Below are positions 13,836-27,102 of a stretch of 64,000 bases of DNA, piece by piece; position 1 is the first letter of the stretch, and each line of letters opens with the position of its first letter. A model generated the notes under the pieces. The model saw nothing but the letters and a program-made list of their open reading frames with translations. It ran no database searches and was not told where the DNA came from. Origin of the DNA: the human T2T-CHM13v2.0 reference genome, Homo sapiens; the NCBI RefSeq assembly GCF_009914755.1, contig NC_060940.1; one strand, given 5' to 3'. The position numbers and the translations under genes were made by a program.

Positions 13836-14918
13836 TGAAACAAGAAATTTTCCTTGACCCCTTTGTGGGCCTGGTGACAGCGGTATCTTGCTTAGCCCAG
13901 AGCTCTCAACCCCTCGAGGCAGCAGGAGCACGCAGGTGGGCGGGTGCAGGAGCTGGAGTGAACACTTCTGGGCACAGCAGGAGCAGAACTCCGTGCAGTC
14001 CTGTGGCAGTGTCTAGGGCAGTGCCTGTGACCCGTGAAGCCTCAGAGGGTGTGTGTTACAGTGCTTTTAGCTTTGCTGTCCAAGGATGTCTGGAGTGTTT
14101 AACAGCTCAGTGGACCCTCTGCCTTTTCTCGAGGGCAGAGGGTCAGTGTGACAGCTTTCTGTATCCCAAGCTCTTGTCCAGCATCCAGGAAATATCAGGT
14201 TGCATGAAGAAATTGAAGGATAGTAAATGCAAGGGATTTTATGGCCGATGGAGGGAGGGGGACCTGGAAAGGGGGGTGGAGGGGGAAGGTGATGGAAGAG
14301 GCTCTCAGAGGGAGGGAGAGCTGGAGAGGGGGTGGAGGGGGAAGGTGATGGAAGAGGCTCTCAGAGGGAGGGGGAGCTGGAGAGGGGGTGGAGGGGGAAG
14401 GTGATGGAAGAGGCTGTCAGAGGGAGGGGAGCTGGAGAGGGGGTGGAGGGGGAAGGTGATGGACGAGGCTCTCACGGGGAGCGGGAGCTGGAGAGGGGGT
14501 GGAGGGGGAAGGTGGTGGAAGAGGCTCTCAGTGGGAGGGGGAGCTGGAGAGGGGGTGGAGGGGGAAGGTGATAGTCCCCTGAAGTCCTGCCGTCTCTACC
14601 AGACTCTTCTCCAAAGTCCTGCTGTCCAGCTGTCCCTCTGAGGTCACGCTGCTCCTCTCTGATGTCAAACTGCCATCTCCGATGGCCAGCTGCTTCTCCT
14701 CTCCTTGCCTGCTCTGTTCTCTGCCAATAAGGTCAGGAGTTTTTATGGGTACAGGATGGGGGTGGGGCGAGGCAGTGGTGGTTTTGGAAAAGGCAGCATT
14801 GGAGCAGGGAAACTGGAATGCGTGTTCTCACTCAGGGCTATGCTTCCAGGCTTGAGGGTGGGGTTCCTCAGGAACCCCATCTTTTTCTACCTAGAATTTC
14901 TGTCTCCTGTCCCTATCA
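13836..14918 (-). mobile_element. Solo ERV1 LTR (MER52/LTR27/LTR28-like family) with an internal 56-bp tandem repeat
   Basis: TG...CA termini. Minus strand begins TGATAGGGACAGGAGACAGAAATTCTAGGTAGAA...CCCCACCCTCAAGCCTGGAA...CCTGTACCCATAAAAAC, resembling this LTR family from memory. Confidence 0.7.
14250..14572. repeat. 56-bp purine-rich tandem repeat, ~5.7 copies
   Basis: GAAGGTG recurs at 14285, 14341, 14397, 14452, 14508 and 14564. Confidence 0.93.
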
Positions 14919-16101
14919 CTGAGGGCCCGTGAGGCTGACAGTACCCATCCCCAAAGAAGGATTGGCCTGGGCAGGGCTGTCAGGAGCACCAGGGCAGGGC
15001 CTGCCAATCCAGAGGTCCCCGAGGAACAGATTCAGGCCTGGGAACGGGCCCACGGCAGGGCTTTCCTGGAAATGCCTGGCAGAGTGGGCAGGGGACGTCA
15101 TTGTGACCCCGTATTGCCGGGGACACCAGGCTCAGAGGGGCTGACTGACCAGCCAAGGCCGCACAACAGAGCTGCTGGGAGCGGGTCCCTGCCAGGCCGT
15201 GGGACACAGGGACCCCGGCTCTCGCTGCCTCTGCCCCAGCCCCAGTTCAGGACCCACTGTGGCTGTCACTGAGCTCCAGCCTCAGAGCCGCCCACCAAGC
15301 CCGACCTCACGCAGGGCCCACTGTGCCCACCAGAGGGCGCCAGAAGCCGGCGGTCCCGACACCGCGGTTCAAACGCAGGGACCGTCCGGTGGGGGCTGCT
15401 GCAACCCCCCCCCCGGCGTGTCCAGGCCCCTCCTCGAGGGTCCCCAGGGTCGGGGCCTGGTCGGGGAGAGAACCAGGTGTGGTGGAGCTGGGGAGTCCGG
15501 CGCTGGGCAGTGGGCGGCCTGTGCCTGGGGACCCCGGTGTCACCCGCCAGGTGGCAGGGAGGCTGGTCCCCTCCAGGAGCCCCCACTTTCTGAGGTGGCC
15601 CTAAGCCCCTGCTGCTGTCCCTTCTGCCCCACGCCCCATCCCCCTGTTTAATTCCCCCGACAGGGTCCGGGCAGGGACGAAGCAGGGTCCCCCCACCCTG
15701 GAGCTGGGAGGAGGGGGGTGGGGGCGTCACCAAGCATGGGGTCCAGGCAGATTCAGTTCATGGGGGACATGGGGGTCCCAGGGTGAGGACCCCTGGGGGG
15801 CTGGTCGGGGGGCGCTCAGAGCCCACGGAGAGCGGCCTGGTGGGGGAGGCCTTGCCAGCAGACCCTCCCTTCCCCCACCCGGAGTCCCGGCTCCCATCAG
15901 CCCCCACTTCCTGCTCAGTGTCCGGCCTCTGCCTGCCCCTGGTCAATGCTGCCATTTGTCTCTTCAGCCAAAGATCCCATGTCCACGTGACATGATCATG
16001 ACAGGAGCTGTGGGGGGTCCCAGGGAGGCCGGCGCTGGGCTTGAACTTGCCCCGTGAAGGCCCCGAGCCCCCGGCTGCCGCATCCTGACTGCTTCGTGTG
16101 A

Positions 16102-16674
<573 letters not shown>

Positions 16675-16677
16675 ATG

Positions 16678-16969
16678 TTTTTGAGACAAGGCCTCGCTCT
16701 GTCCCCCACACTGGAGTGCAGTGGTGCCATCACGCCTCAAGGCAACCTCAAACTCCTGGGCTCAAGTGATCCTCCCACCTCAGCCTCCCCAGTAGCTGGG
16801 ACTGCAGGTGTGTGCCACCATGCCCCACAAGTTTTTTAATTTTTTGTAGAGATTGGGGTCTCGCTATGTTGTCCAGGCTGGTCTCTTGAACTCCTGACCT
16901 CAAGTGATCCTCCCACCTTGGCCTCACAGAAAGTGCTGGGATTACAGGCGTGAGCCACTGCGCTCAGCC
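16678..16969 (-). mobile_element. Alu (AluJ-like)
   Basis: Antisense Alu consensus, tandem to the previous Alu. Confidence 0.9.
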
Positions 16970-17129
16970 TAGGGTTAGAGGTTTTTTTTTGTTTTTTTTT
17001 TAATGTGTAGGTGTTTCCTGATGTCTCCCACCCTCTTTGTTGGGTCTGGGTCTCGATTCATTTTTCCGATGTTCTGAGCAGGGATTGGAGAGTGTCTTCA
17101 ATGTGAAAACACTGGCCTTTCTGCAGCTT

Positions 17130-17692
<563 letters not shown>

Positions 17693-17742
17693 TATAATCT
17701 CTTAATTGTTCTATTATTATTTCTGGTTCTTAAGATACTATT

Positions 17743-18049
<307 letters not shown>

Positions 18050-19440
18050 TTAGAAGATGGTGCCGTGTCTGCCAGTCCCTCGGGGTGTGAGCTCACCATT
18101 GCGGGCCATTTCTTCTATGGAGCCCAAGCCCCAGGGGGACATATCCCCACGGAGGGTGCATGTTTGCCTTTGCTGGAGCCTGGGTGGCCTCTAGGTCCTG
18201 GAACCAGACTCCATATCCCCCACCCCGCCCACTGGCTGCCAGTGGTGCCCCATCCGTGTCCTGGTGACAGAGGCAGCGCCCCGGGGGTACAGGCACCGGC
18301 GTCAGCTTTGAGTCTGAACCCCAGCCCGGCCCCAGTCAGCTGCATGGCTGAGGGTGGGTGGGGGATGCCCCTGCCTTGATCCCCCACATCCTCACCTATA
18401 GTGCAGCCTCACCTCCCTCACAGGAGTCGGAGGGCCACATGGGAAAACAGGCATGGTAGACGTAAAAGGCCCAGTGGAAATGCCGGTTCTCCTTGCTGCC
18501 ATTACTGCATTTATCTGGCAACCCCGCACCACAACCCGAGACCTAGAAGACCCTATGCCCCAGGCGGGGCTGAACAGGACAGACCTCGAAGAGCCGGTCC
18601 CCAGATCGGACCGCCAACAACCAGGCCGGATTCCGCGCCTCCAGCCGGTCAGTGCCTTGGCAAGGCAGGAGCGGGTGAAACTCCCAGCCCTCCCAGGGAG
18701 CAGTCAGATGATGACACATCCACACCCGTCCACAGGGAGGGAGTGCGACAAGGCCTGTGGCTTTCTGCGCGAGAATCGGCCAGTGTCCTTTGGGGCCCGG
18801 GATGGGGTTTCAGCACCCACTCTCACTACCGGGGCTCGGGAGGGAGGGCTGGAGAGCCTCCATCTGGTGCCGTCGGTGGCCACTCCTCAGACAGCGCGGG
18901 CGGGTTCGCAGGCCCTGGGCAAATGTGGTGTTGCCACAGCCCCGCCCTACAGGGACAGCGGTCAGCAGCTGCCCCTGGCCCCGCCGTCCCTAATGAAGTT
19001 ATAGATGGCAGCTCTTAAATGTCTCCAGAAATGGCAGAGAGGCTCCCAGAGCTGACGTGCAAATAAATTGCTTCTCAGGCTCGGACCACACAATTCTGCT
19101 GGGACCAAGCACAGGCCTGGGCCCTCCGGCTGCCCCTCAGGGCCTGGCTCTGCTGAGAGGAGGAAGCCTGGCTCTTGGGAGGGGGTCTCAGGTGCCCCCT
19201 CCATGGAGCCCAGCAACCTGGCAGGTGGGGGTGGGCACCGCCCCTCCCCCGGGACTCCATCTCCCCGGCAATCAGCTGCCTCTCCCTTCTCTGGGGCCCC
19301 AGGTGGTCCTCATGGAGGGGTGGGTGGGACTGAGGCCTGAGCCCCGGGGAGGAGCTGGCTGGTGAGCCATGTATCCCAGTGGTCACTGCGGCCAGCCGGG
19401 GAGGTTGAATCCCAGGCCCCAGCACTCAGAAGCTGGTGGA

Positions 19441-19842
19441 GTGGGTTGAATTGAGCCCCTCCAAAAACGTATGTCGAAGCCCTGACCCCGGGTACCTGCG
19501 AGCACTGGAAATGGGGTCTTTGTGAATGATCGAGTTAAGATGAGGTCGGACGGGGAGGGTCCCAAAAGCAACGACCGGCACCTTGTAAGGAGGCTGCTGA
19601 CAGCAGGGAGAAGTCGGGCGCGTGACGTCAGAGGCAGAGACTGGAGAGAGGCAGCCCAGGAACACCACGGGTGGCTGGCAGTGCGGAGCGGTAGGGCCCT
19701 CCCCTGGAGGCTTCGGAGGGAGTGTGGCCCTGCGGACACCTCGATCTCAGGCTTGCGGCCCCAGGGCTGGAGGGGTCGCGTTTCCGTGGCTTTAGCTCCC
19801 AGTTCGTGGCTCTTTGTTATGGCAGCCCCGGGAGACTCACAC
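19441..19842 (+). mobile_element. MLT1-family MaLR solo LTR
   Basis: gggttgaattg...ccaaaa..tatgt.gaagccct...gttaagatgaggtc...tttgttatggcagccc...actcacaca. Confidence 0.75.
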
Positions 19843-20801
19843 AGGCGGTGACTGTGGACAGGACCCCTGACCTCCGGGCCACAGTTTCCCCACCGGCCCC
19901 TGCCACGGGGTAAATAGGTCTGGGGTGGTGCTTAGGCCGGGGAACTGCCCCAGCTGCCTGCCGTCCTTGCTGTGGCTGACGGGGTCGTCCCGGCTGCAGC
20001 TCCGGCCCTGGCTCCTTGAGGCCTCGCACCCTTCCTGGCACCCACTGGCTGGGCTCTCGGGGCCTCTGGTCACCCCGTGGGTGCTGATTGAATCGGGACA
20101 AACGCTGTGTGCAGCTAAGGGGTGACTCAAGGCCGGCCAGGCCCAGAGCTGATCCCAGGCCGGGAACAGCAGCAGTGATGGTGTCGGCATCCACCGTGTC
20201 CCTCCCAGGGCCCGGCCGTGGGAGCCGAGGGGACGTGTCTGTGGCCTCTGTGGTCTGAGTCTGGAGGTCAGCGCCCAGCGGTGTGGCACCTGGGCACCTC
20301 TGTCACCTGCCTGCAGCCAGTGTGTCCTCGTGGGGGGCAGCGAGGTGACCGGGTCTCTGTTGGGTGCCCCTGGAAGGCTCAGAGGCAAGGATCTTCAGGC
20401 AGAGAGTTTGGGGGTGGCCCCAGGAAACACCCGTCATTGAGGGGGTGCTGTGAAGGGAAGGGGTGGGTGCCAATGGGCAGTAGTGAGCAGGTCACCGCTG
20501 TGGGCAGACCCCAGGAGGCAGCACCCCGGAGCTGTCCCTACCATAGGGAAGTGGCCAGGCTGTAGTGGCTGTACCCCAGGGCATGGACTCACCACACTCC
20601 TGGCCGTTCCCACGCCCAGGCCAGGCCTCCTGTGGTCAGAGACGGCCAGAGTCACAGGGGTTGCAGGAAGTGGCCGCAGGCATGGTCAGGGGCAGGTGGC
20701 ATCTGCTTCGAGGGCCTGCACGTGGCTTCCCTGCCCCGCCAGCCTCTGCCATGTGGGTCCCGGGAAATTGGCGCCCAATTCCATGAGCAGCCCTGGGCTC
20801 T

Positions 20802-20990
20802 GGGGCCTCAGATCCCCCAACGCTGCCGTGTCCGTAGGAGGTGCTCCGGGGCCTCAGATCTCCCAATGCTGTCGTGTCCGTGGGAGGTGCTGTGGGGGCC
20901 TCGGACCCCCCAACGCTGCCGTGTCCGTGGGAGGTGCTGTGGGGGCCTCAGATCCCCCAACGCTGCTGTGGCCATGGGAGGTGCTGTGGG
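20802..20990. repeat. ~47-bp tandem repeat, ~4 copies
   Basis: ggggcctcagatcccccaacgctgccgtgtccgtgggaggtgctgtg units. Confidence 0.88.
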
Positions 20991-22133
20991 CAGGGCTGAC
21001 CCCGGGGCCCAGCTGGTTCCTCCCCGCCTAATGCTAGAGAAGGGAAGTGCTGAGTGTTTGAGGGGGATCAGCAGGGGAAGGGGGTACAGTCAGGCTCATG
21101 GGGTGACCAGGAGCAGAGACCCCACCCCACCAAAGCACACACACTGGCTGCGTCTGAGGGGAAAGGAGCCCAGGGAGGTGGATGAGGTGGGCAGGGGGTG
21201 CCCGTCGCTGGCCTGGACGCCTAGGGGGGCACCTTACTGTCTTTGGGGCTGGCAGGCTCCAGACCCCCTAAGCTCACGGTGCCAAACGTGACCCCCCATA
21301 CCAGGCGGCAGCGGCTACAACTGTGAGGGGCAGGCAGTGGCTGCCTGGACGGGGACGTGCTTGTCCTTTGACGAGGAGTTTGCGCCTCATTCAAGTCCCC
21401 TACCTGCATCCCTGGCGGGGCATCTGCAGTCCAGCCTGGCAGGGACCCTGAGTTTGGGTCTGTGGGGGTGTGGCCTCTGGGGGAGGGCAAACCCCGGTGG
21501 GCACTGGTCACCGGTGAGCCGGCGTCGTGGCCACAGCCTTCACACTCCCAGCCGCTGCAGGTCCCCGTTTCCGTACGTCACCCAGCGCCACGCTTCTGCA
21601 CCCACGCAGAGCCACGCCCCACCTGTGCGTTCATGCTGACTTATTACCGACTCTTCTCGAGTGAGGAGTTCTCTCCAAACGCCATTAGGCTTTCAGCTTC
21701 CAGATGAAATGAAATGGCTGATGAATCACTATATTTCAACATATTAGGAAAGATGGACCTATTTGCATCCGATGAGCAAAATGCACTTTTTTATTGATTG
21801 AAAAGTTGATGAGGCAAACAAATCAGGGAAAATGGCTCCCTTTTCATTTCCCTCTGAGCAGCAAATTAAGCGACTTAAAAGAGCTTTGAATGAGTCAACA
21901 ACAAAATGCCCCTAAATGTGGAAATGTGAAGTGCAAACATTTCAGCCTCACTGTCAGTGCCCACCGAGGACACAGCCTGCCTCCCGCCCTGGGAAGCTGG
22001 GGGCTGTGGAGGACCCCGGCCACTTGGACATCCAGCCACATCCCAAAGTCTCCAAGGGGAGATGGGGTCCCCAGCAAGCCTGTCCGGATTAGCCAAGATG
22101 AGGGGCTTCAGGAGTCAACACAGATGGAGCTGC

Positions 22134-22461
<328 letters not shown>

Positions 22462-22464
22462 CTA

Positions 22465-22878
22465 TTTCAGCGTCCTGGGGCTGCTGTAGTGCAGGCTTAC
22501 AACATCAGAAATTTATTCTCTCCCAGTTCTGGATGCCACGAGTCCAAAATCACGGTGTGGGCAGCACGCAGCACACTCCTTCCGGAGGCCCTGGGGAGGA
22601 TCCCTCCCTCTTCCAGCTCTGGGGGCTCCACGCCCCTGCTGCGGCCGACGCTCCAGTCCCTGCCTCTGTCCTCACAGGGCCTGCTCTGTGCATCTGTCTC
22701 TATTCTGCTCTGCTCTTCATGGAGGAACACCAGTGACTGACTTGGGACTCAGCCTCAATCCAGGGTGACCTCGTCCCCAGATCCTTAATTACATCTGCAA
22801 AGCCCTACTACCAGGGAAGGTTGCATTCTGAGGTTCTGGGCGGACATGAATTTTGGGGGCAGGACACTGTCCAGCTCA
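22465..22878 (-). mobile_element. MLT1-family MaLR LTR
   Basis: cagaaatttattctctcccagttctgga...ccttaattacatctgcaaa...tgaattttggggg. Confidence 0.75.
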
Positions 22879-23279
22879 GTGCCGGGCGCCGCTGTGGGCC
22901 AGGCCCTTTGACTCTTGCAAGCCCACGATGGCTACAGAGCTCCAAGGAGGAGGCTTCCTGGAGGAGGCGGCCCAGCTCATCAGAGAACCAGCATGTCTTC
23001 CCCTTGGGTTCTGGGACCAGCACTTTTAACGATAAGTCCTTTTGGACCACGCTGATCCGGGCTGAGACCTGTCGCCTGCCGCGCGCCTTGGGCGGAGGTT
23101 AGACAGGCCGCGCACCTCCAAGCTTTGACACGTCCTTCCTCCAAAGGGTGGAGGCCCCACAGGGTGAGTGCAGGTTGGGGATGGGCCGTGGGGTTGCCGG
23201 GAGGGGACCAGTGGGGGCTTGCAGTGTTCTCGGGAGGGCCCGGGGCTGGGGGCAACCGAGACCTGCTTCGGTGGGTGAG

Positions 23280-24170
23280 TGGAGAAGCATCTGGGGGGTT
23301 TCCTTCAGCGCTGGAGAGAAATGGGTGATGAAGCCTGGGAAAGGCGTGGGGGGCCCGAAGCGTGCACCACGGTGAGAAGGCTGCGCGTGGTCGGATTCCA
23401 GCTCCCCCGCGTCTGCGAAAGGCTGAGCTGCGCCGGCCGGGGGAGGGTCGGAGGCTGCCGGGGGTTGGGGGATGAAGAGCCGGGGGCAGTTTAGGGCAGC
23501 GCATCCTCCGCGGAGGCAGGAACGGCAGGCGGTGCGATTCCCACCAGGACCTCTGCCATCGGAACCGCGGGTTTCTGCCGGGCCAGAGGCGCCTGAGAGA
23601 TCTCCGCGGAACGGCGCGTGAACCTGCGGCCGCGGCGGCGGGTCCGGATGGAGATGGACGCTGGATGGGCTGTTTCCTGAGTTTGGTTCCCGTGGCGGGG
23701 TCGGCCCCTCGCCCCTGCATTTGGCAGACCTGATGCGGAGCCCGAGGGTGGCTGTTGGCCTGGGGCGGGGAAGGGGCTCTCTAGATCGGGGGTCCCACCT
23801 GCTGGGCTTGGGGAGCCCATTTGGCCTTCTCTGATTGGTCTGGAGTTGCGGGTGAGGCCACCTCAGGAAGCTGCTGTATCTGAGGGAGCCCGGGCCGCCC
23901 TGGGGGGACGCTGGGGTTTGACTTCTGGGGCTGGGGGCTGCACGGGTGGGTCGGGGTCTGTCTGGGTTGGGGTCCGCGGCCGCGTGGGGTCTGGATTGGC
24001 GTCTGCCTGGCTTGGGGGTCCTCAGCCGCATGCAGTTTGGGTCGAGGTCGGGGGTCCGCGGCCGCGTGGGGTCTGGGTCGGGGTCTGCCTGGCTTGGGGG
24101 TCCTCAGCCGCATGCAGTTCGGGTCGGGGTCTGCAGCTGCGTGGGGTCCGGCTCTCATGGCCCCTGTGCC
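23280..24170. promoter_or_regulatory. CpG island, including ~2.5 copies of an ~80-bp repeat at 23950-24150
   Basis: High CpG density with several NotI sites (GCGGCCGC); unit ggtccgcggccgcgtggggtctgg...ggtcctcagccgcatgcagtt. Confidence 0.6.
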
Positions 24171-24420
24171 TGGACTTCGCTCTCCAACCATTTCCTCTGC
24201 ACGTTTCCCTGGAAAAGGACATGGGGTTCAGGGTGGTGGATGTGGACACCCCCTGAAACCCACCAGCCCTGGTCTGTGATGCCTGGATGGAGGGGCCACA
24301 GCCACGCCGGCTCCCAGCCTCTTCCCAGACACCCTAGCCCCTGGAGGCAGGGTCCCCCCGTGAGGCGTATCATCCCTGAGCGCCCCACACGCCTGCTCCT
24401 GGGCATCCTCCTGGGTGGTG

Positions 24421-25141
24421 GTGTGGTGCGGCTCTGCGTCCCCACCCAAACCTCACATGGAAATGGAGTCTGCAGTGTGACGGTGGGGCCTGGTGGGGAG
24501 TGACTGGGTAGCAGGGGCGGATTTCTCGTGAATGGCTTGGCCCCGTCCCTCCTGGTGCTGTCCTCGAGATTGTGAGTGGCCATTTAACTGTGTCCCGCAC
24601 CTGCTCTGTCTTTCTCGTTCCCGCTCACGCCATGTGAGACACCTGCTCCCGCTTCGCCTTCCACCACGGTTGGAAGCTTCCTGGGGCCTCTCCAGAAGCA
24701 GAAACACCTGTGCTACAAAGCGTGAGCCAATCAAACTCTTTTCTCTATAAATTACCCAGTCTCAGGTTTTTTTTTGTTTGTTTGTTTGTTTGTTTTGGTG
24801 GAGGCGGGGGTGGACAGCGTCTCTCTCTGTCGCCCAGGAGGGAGTGCAGTGGGGCGATCTCAGCTCAATGCACCCTCTGCTCCTGGGTTGAAGTGATTCT
24901 CCTGCCTCAGCCTCCTGAGTAGCTGGGATTACAGTTATGTGCCACCATGCCTGGCTAATTTTTATACTTTTAGTAGAGACGGGGTTTCACCATGTTGGCC
25001 AGGTTGGTCTCGAACTCTTAACCTCATGATCCCCCTACCCCCAACGCCCCGCCTTGGCCTCCCACAGTGTTGGGATTACAGGCGTGAGCCACCACGCCCG
25101 GTCGTGGGTATTTTCTAGCAGTGCAAGGACAGACCACCGCA
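24421..25141 (+). mobile_element. MST-family MaLR LTR interrupted by an Alu
   Basis: ggctctgcgtccccacccaaacctca...gccatgtgagac...tataaattacccagtctcaggt [Alu] attttctagcagtgcaa. Confidence 0.75.
24768..25102 (-). mobile_element. Alu (AluS-like)
   Basis: (TTTG)n tail plus antisense Alu. Confidence 0.9.
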
Positions 25142-25424
25142 CCTGGTGAACGCCCCTGACGGCAGTAATGAGGCACACCTGGGGGTGCCCCGTGGCAGAC
25201 ACACCTGAAGGTGGTTGGGGTTGCCAGCGAGGGAATCTGGGAGGAGCCAACCGGAGACCCAAGTCCTCTCTATGAGAAACATCTGAGCCCTGGCCCGTCC
25301 TGTGGAACCCGGGCCATGCTGGGGATTGAGATCCTCTGTTTTGGGTTCAACGGAGGCTGCGGGTGGAGGTTGTTGGGGGAGGGTGCTAAGTGAAAATGCT
25401 GTAGGGAGGGCGTGCTTCTGGCGG

Positions 25425-25556
25425 GGGTTGTGGTTTTGTGGTGGTTGTGGTTTTGTGGTGGTTGTGGTTTTTGTTGTGGTTGCGATTTTTGCGGTGGTTG
25501 TGACTGTGGGTTTTGCGGTGGTTGTGGTTTTTGAGATGGTTGTGGTTTTGCAGTGG
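25425..25556. repeat. TG-rich degenerate repeat (~17-18 bp, GTGGTTGTGGTTTT)
   Basis: Seen directly; contains six TGTGGTT. Confidence 0.85.
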
Positions 25557-26509
25557 GTGTAGTTCTCCCACCCCACCTGCTGCCGCTGGACCCTCTCCCC
25601 TGTGTGTAGCCCCCGCTAGGACCCCATGTCTGGATCCTGGCTCTGGGTCTCTTCTCTGGCCTCGTGAGACTGGCGCCATCTCCACTGGAGCCAATAGGCG
25701 TTCGGCACAGCTACCCCCAGCTCCCTCTGTCTCTGGACGAGTTGGTGGCTGCTCCCACGCAGGAATGCCGACGGCCTTTGGCATCACACAGGGTCAGGAT
25801 CCTGGCTGTGACCCCTCCCCTAGTGACTTCCTGCGGGACTGATGGCCAGAGAGGGGGCCTGTCGGCCCTGCAGTGCCCCTCCCACCATCAGCCACACTGA
25901 GTTCTGGGCAGGAGTCCCCTGGCCTTGGTCCCACCCACCCCAGGAGGATCCAGTGAGTCCAGTCTCCACCTGGGACACCGCAGAGGTCAAGCCCACCACT
26001 GTGAGGCTCAGTGGGTGCCGGGAGCCATGGCAACTCCGCAGGGATGGTCCTCGGTCCCCTCTCCAGGGACCCCACCCTAGCTGTGACCTGTCGTCCCACG
26101 GCACCTGTACCGTGACACCCTCCTTGCTGTCCATGTGGCTATGAGGGCTGCCCTTTGCACGTCCATTCCCGAGCCCCAGCCCTAAAGCAGTGCTGGGCTC
26201 ACCAGGCCCCTCTGTGGACGCCGCCTCTGTCTGTGCGGTGGGATGTTAATAGTCTCCGCGTCATGTGGCTGTTAATTTTGGAAGCTCGCCCCCTTCCTCC
26301 TCCCCCCGCTATGGTCCTGCCTTCACACCCCGCTGCCTGAGTCAGCGCCCACGGCTGCACCAGATGCTAGGTTTGGCCCCAGCTGAGGGGCTGGTGTCGC
26401 GCACGCAGGCAGGGGGCCTGGTAATGGGGCTATACCATCTGCATGAACGGCTTTGCTACTTCCCCCTGCCCTGCCCAGCACAGGCTGAGTCCACAGCCCA
26501 GACAGCAGT

Positions 26510-26635
26510 GCCCCGAGAGCTGCCTGGCACACCCCGGAAAGAGGATGAATCTTGCCGTATGGGGAGGCTTTGGCCCCGAGAGCTGCCTGGCACATCCCGG
26601 GAAGAGGGTGAATCTTGCCGTATGGGGAGCCTTTG
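26510..26635. repeat. 63-bp direct tandem duplication
   Basis: gccccgagagctgcctggcaca...gaatcttgccgtatgggga occurs twice. Confidence 0.9.
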
Positions 26636-26947
26636 GCAGGAGTGGGGCTGCCTGGTGACCGCGTGAAGCACCTCCCGGGATGAACCAGGGCCCTGCCAAA
26701 GCTGAGGCTGGGCCGGGACTCCTGGGGCCTCATTGTCTGGGATGAGGCGGGTCCCAGCTGGGCTGCGGCAGGGGCCAGGAGGTACCTGCATCTGCCCTGA
26801 TCTCCCTCCTCACACCTGCAGAGCCCCTCCACTCACTGAAAAGCAGGGTGTCCTGGGTGGGCCCCGGCCTGAGCATCCAGAGACTCAGCTCCAAGCCAAG
26901 CCCTTTACCCTCTCTGAGCCTCAGTTTCCCCATCTTCAAATGAAGAT

Positions 26948-27102
26948 GCCCAAGGAGAGCAGGCCCCGCCCCCCAGCTGGACCTATCAGAGTGCACAGAG
27001 GTGCCCAGGAGAGCAGGCCCCGCCCCCCAGCTGGACCTATCAGAGTGCACAGAGGTGCCTAGGCGAGCAGGCCCCGCCCCCCAGCTGGGCCTATCAGAGT
27101 GC
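26948..27102. repeat. 54-bp tandem repeat, ~2.8 copies
   Basis: gcaggccccgccccccagctggacctatcagagtgc at 26959, 27013 and 27067. Confidence 0.9.

Noticed and set aside
25115-25576. Mucin-like Thr/Lys-rich ORF and Val-rich 'transmembrane' ORF
   Set aside because: Translations of the GTGGTT repeat; no splice or homology support.
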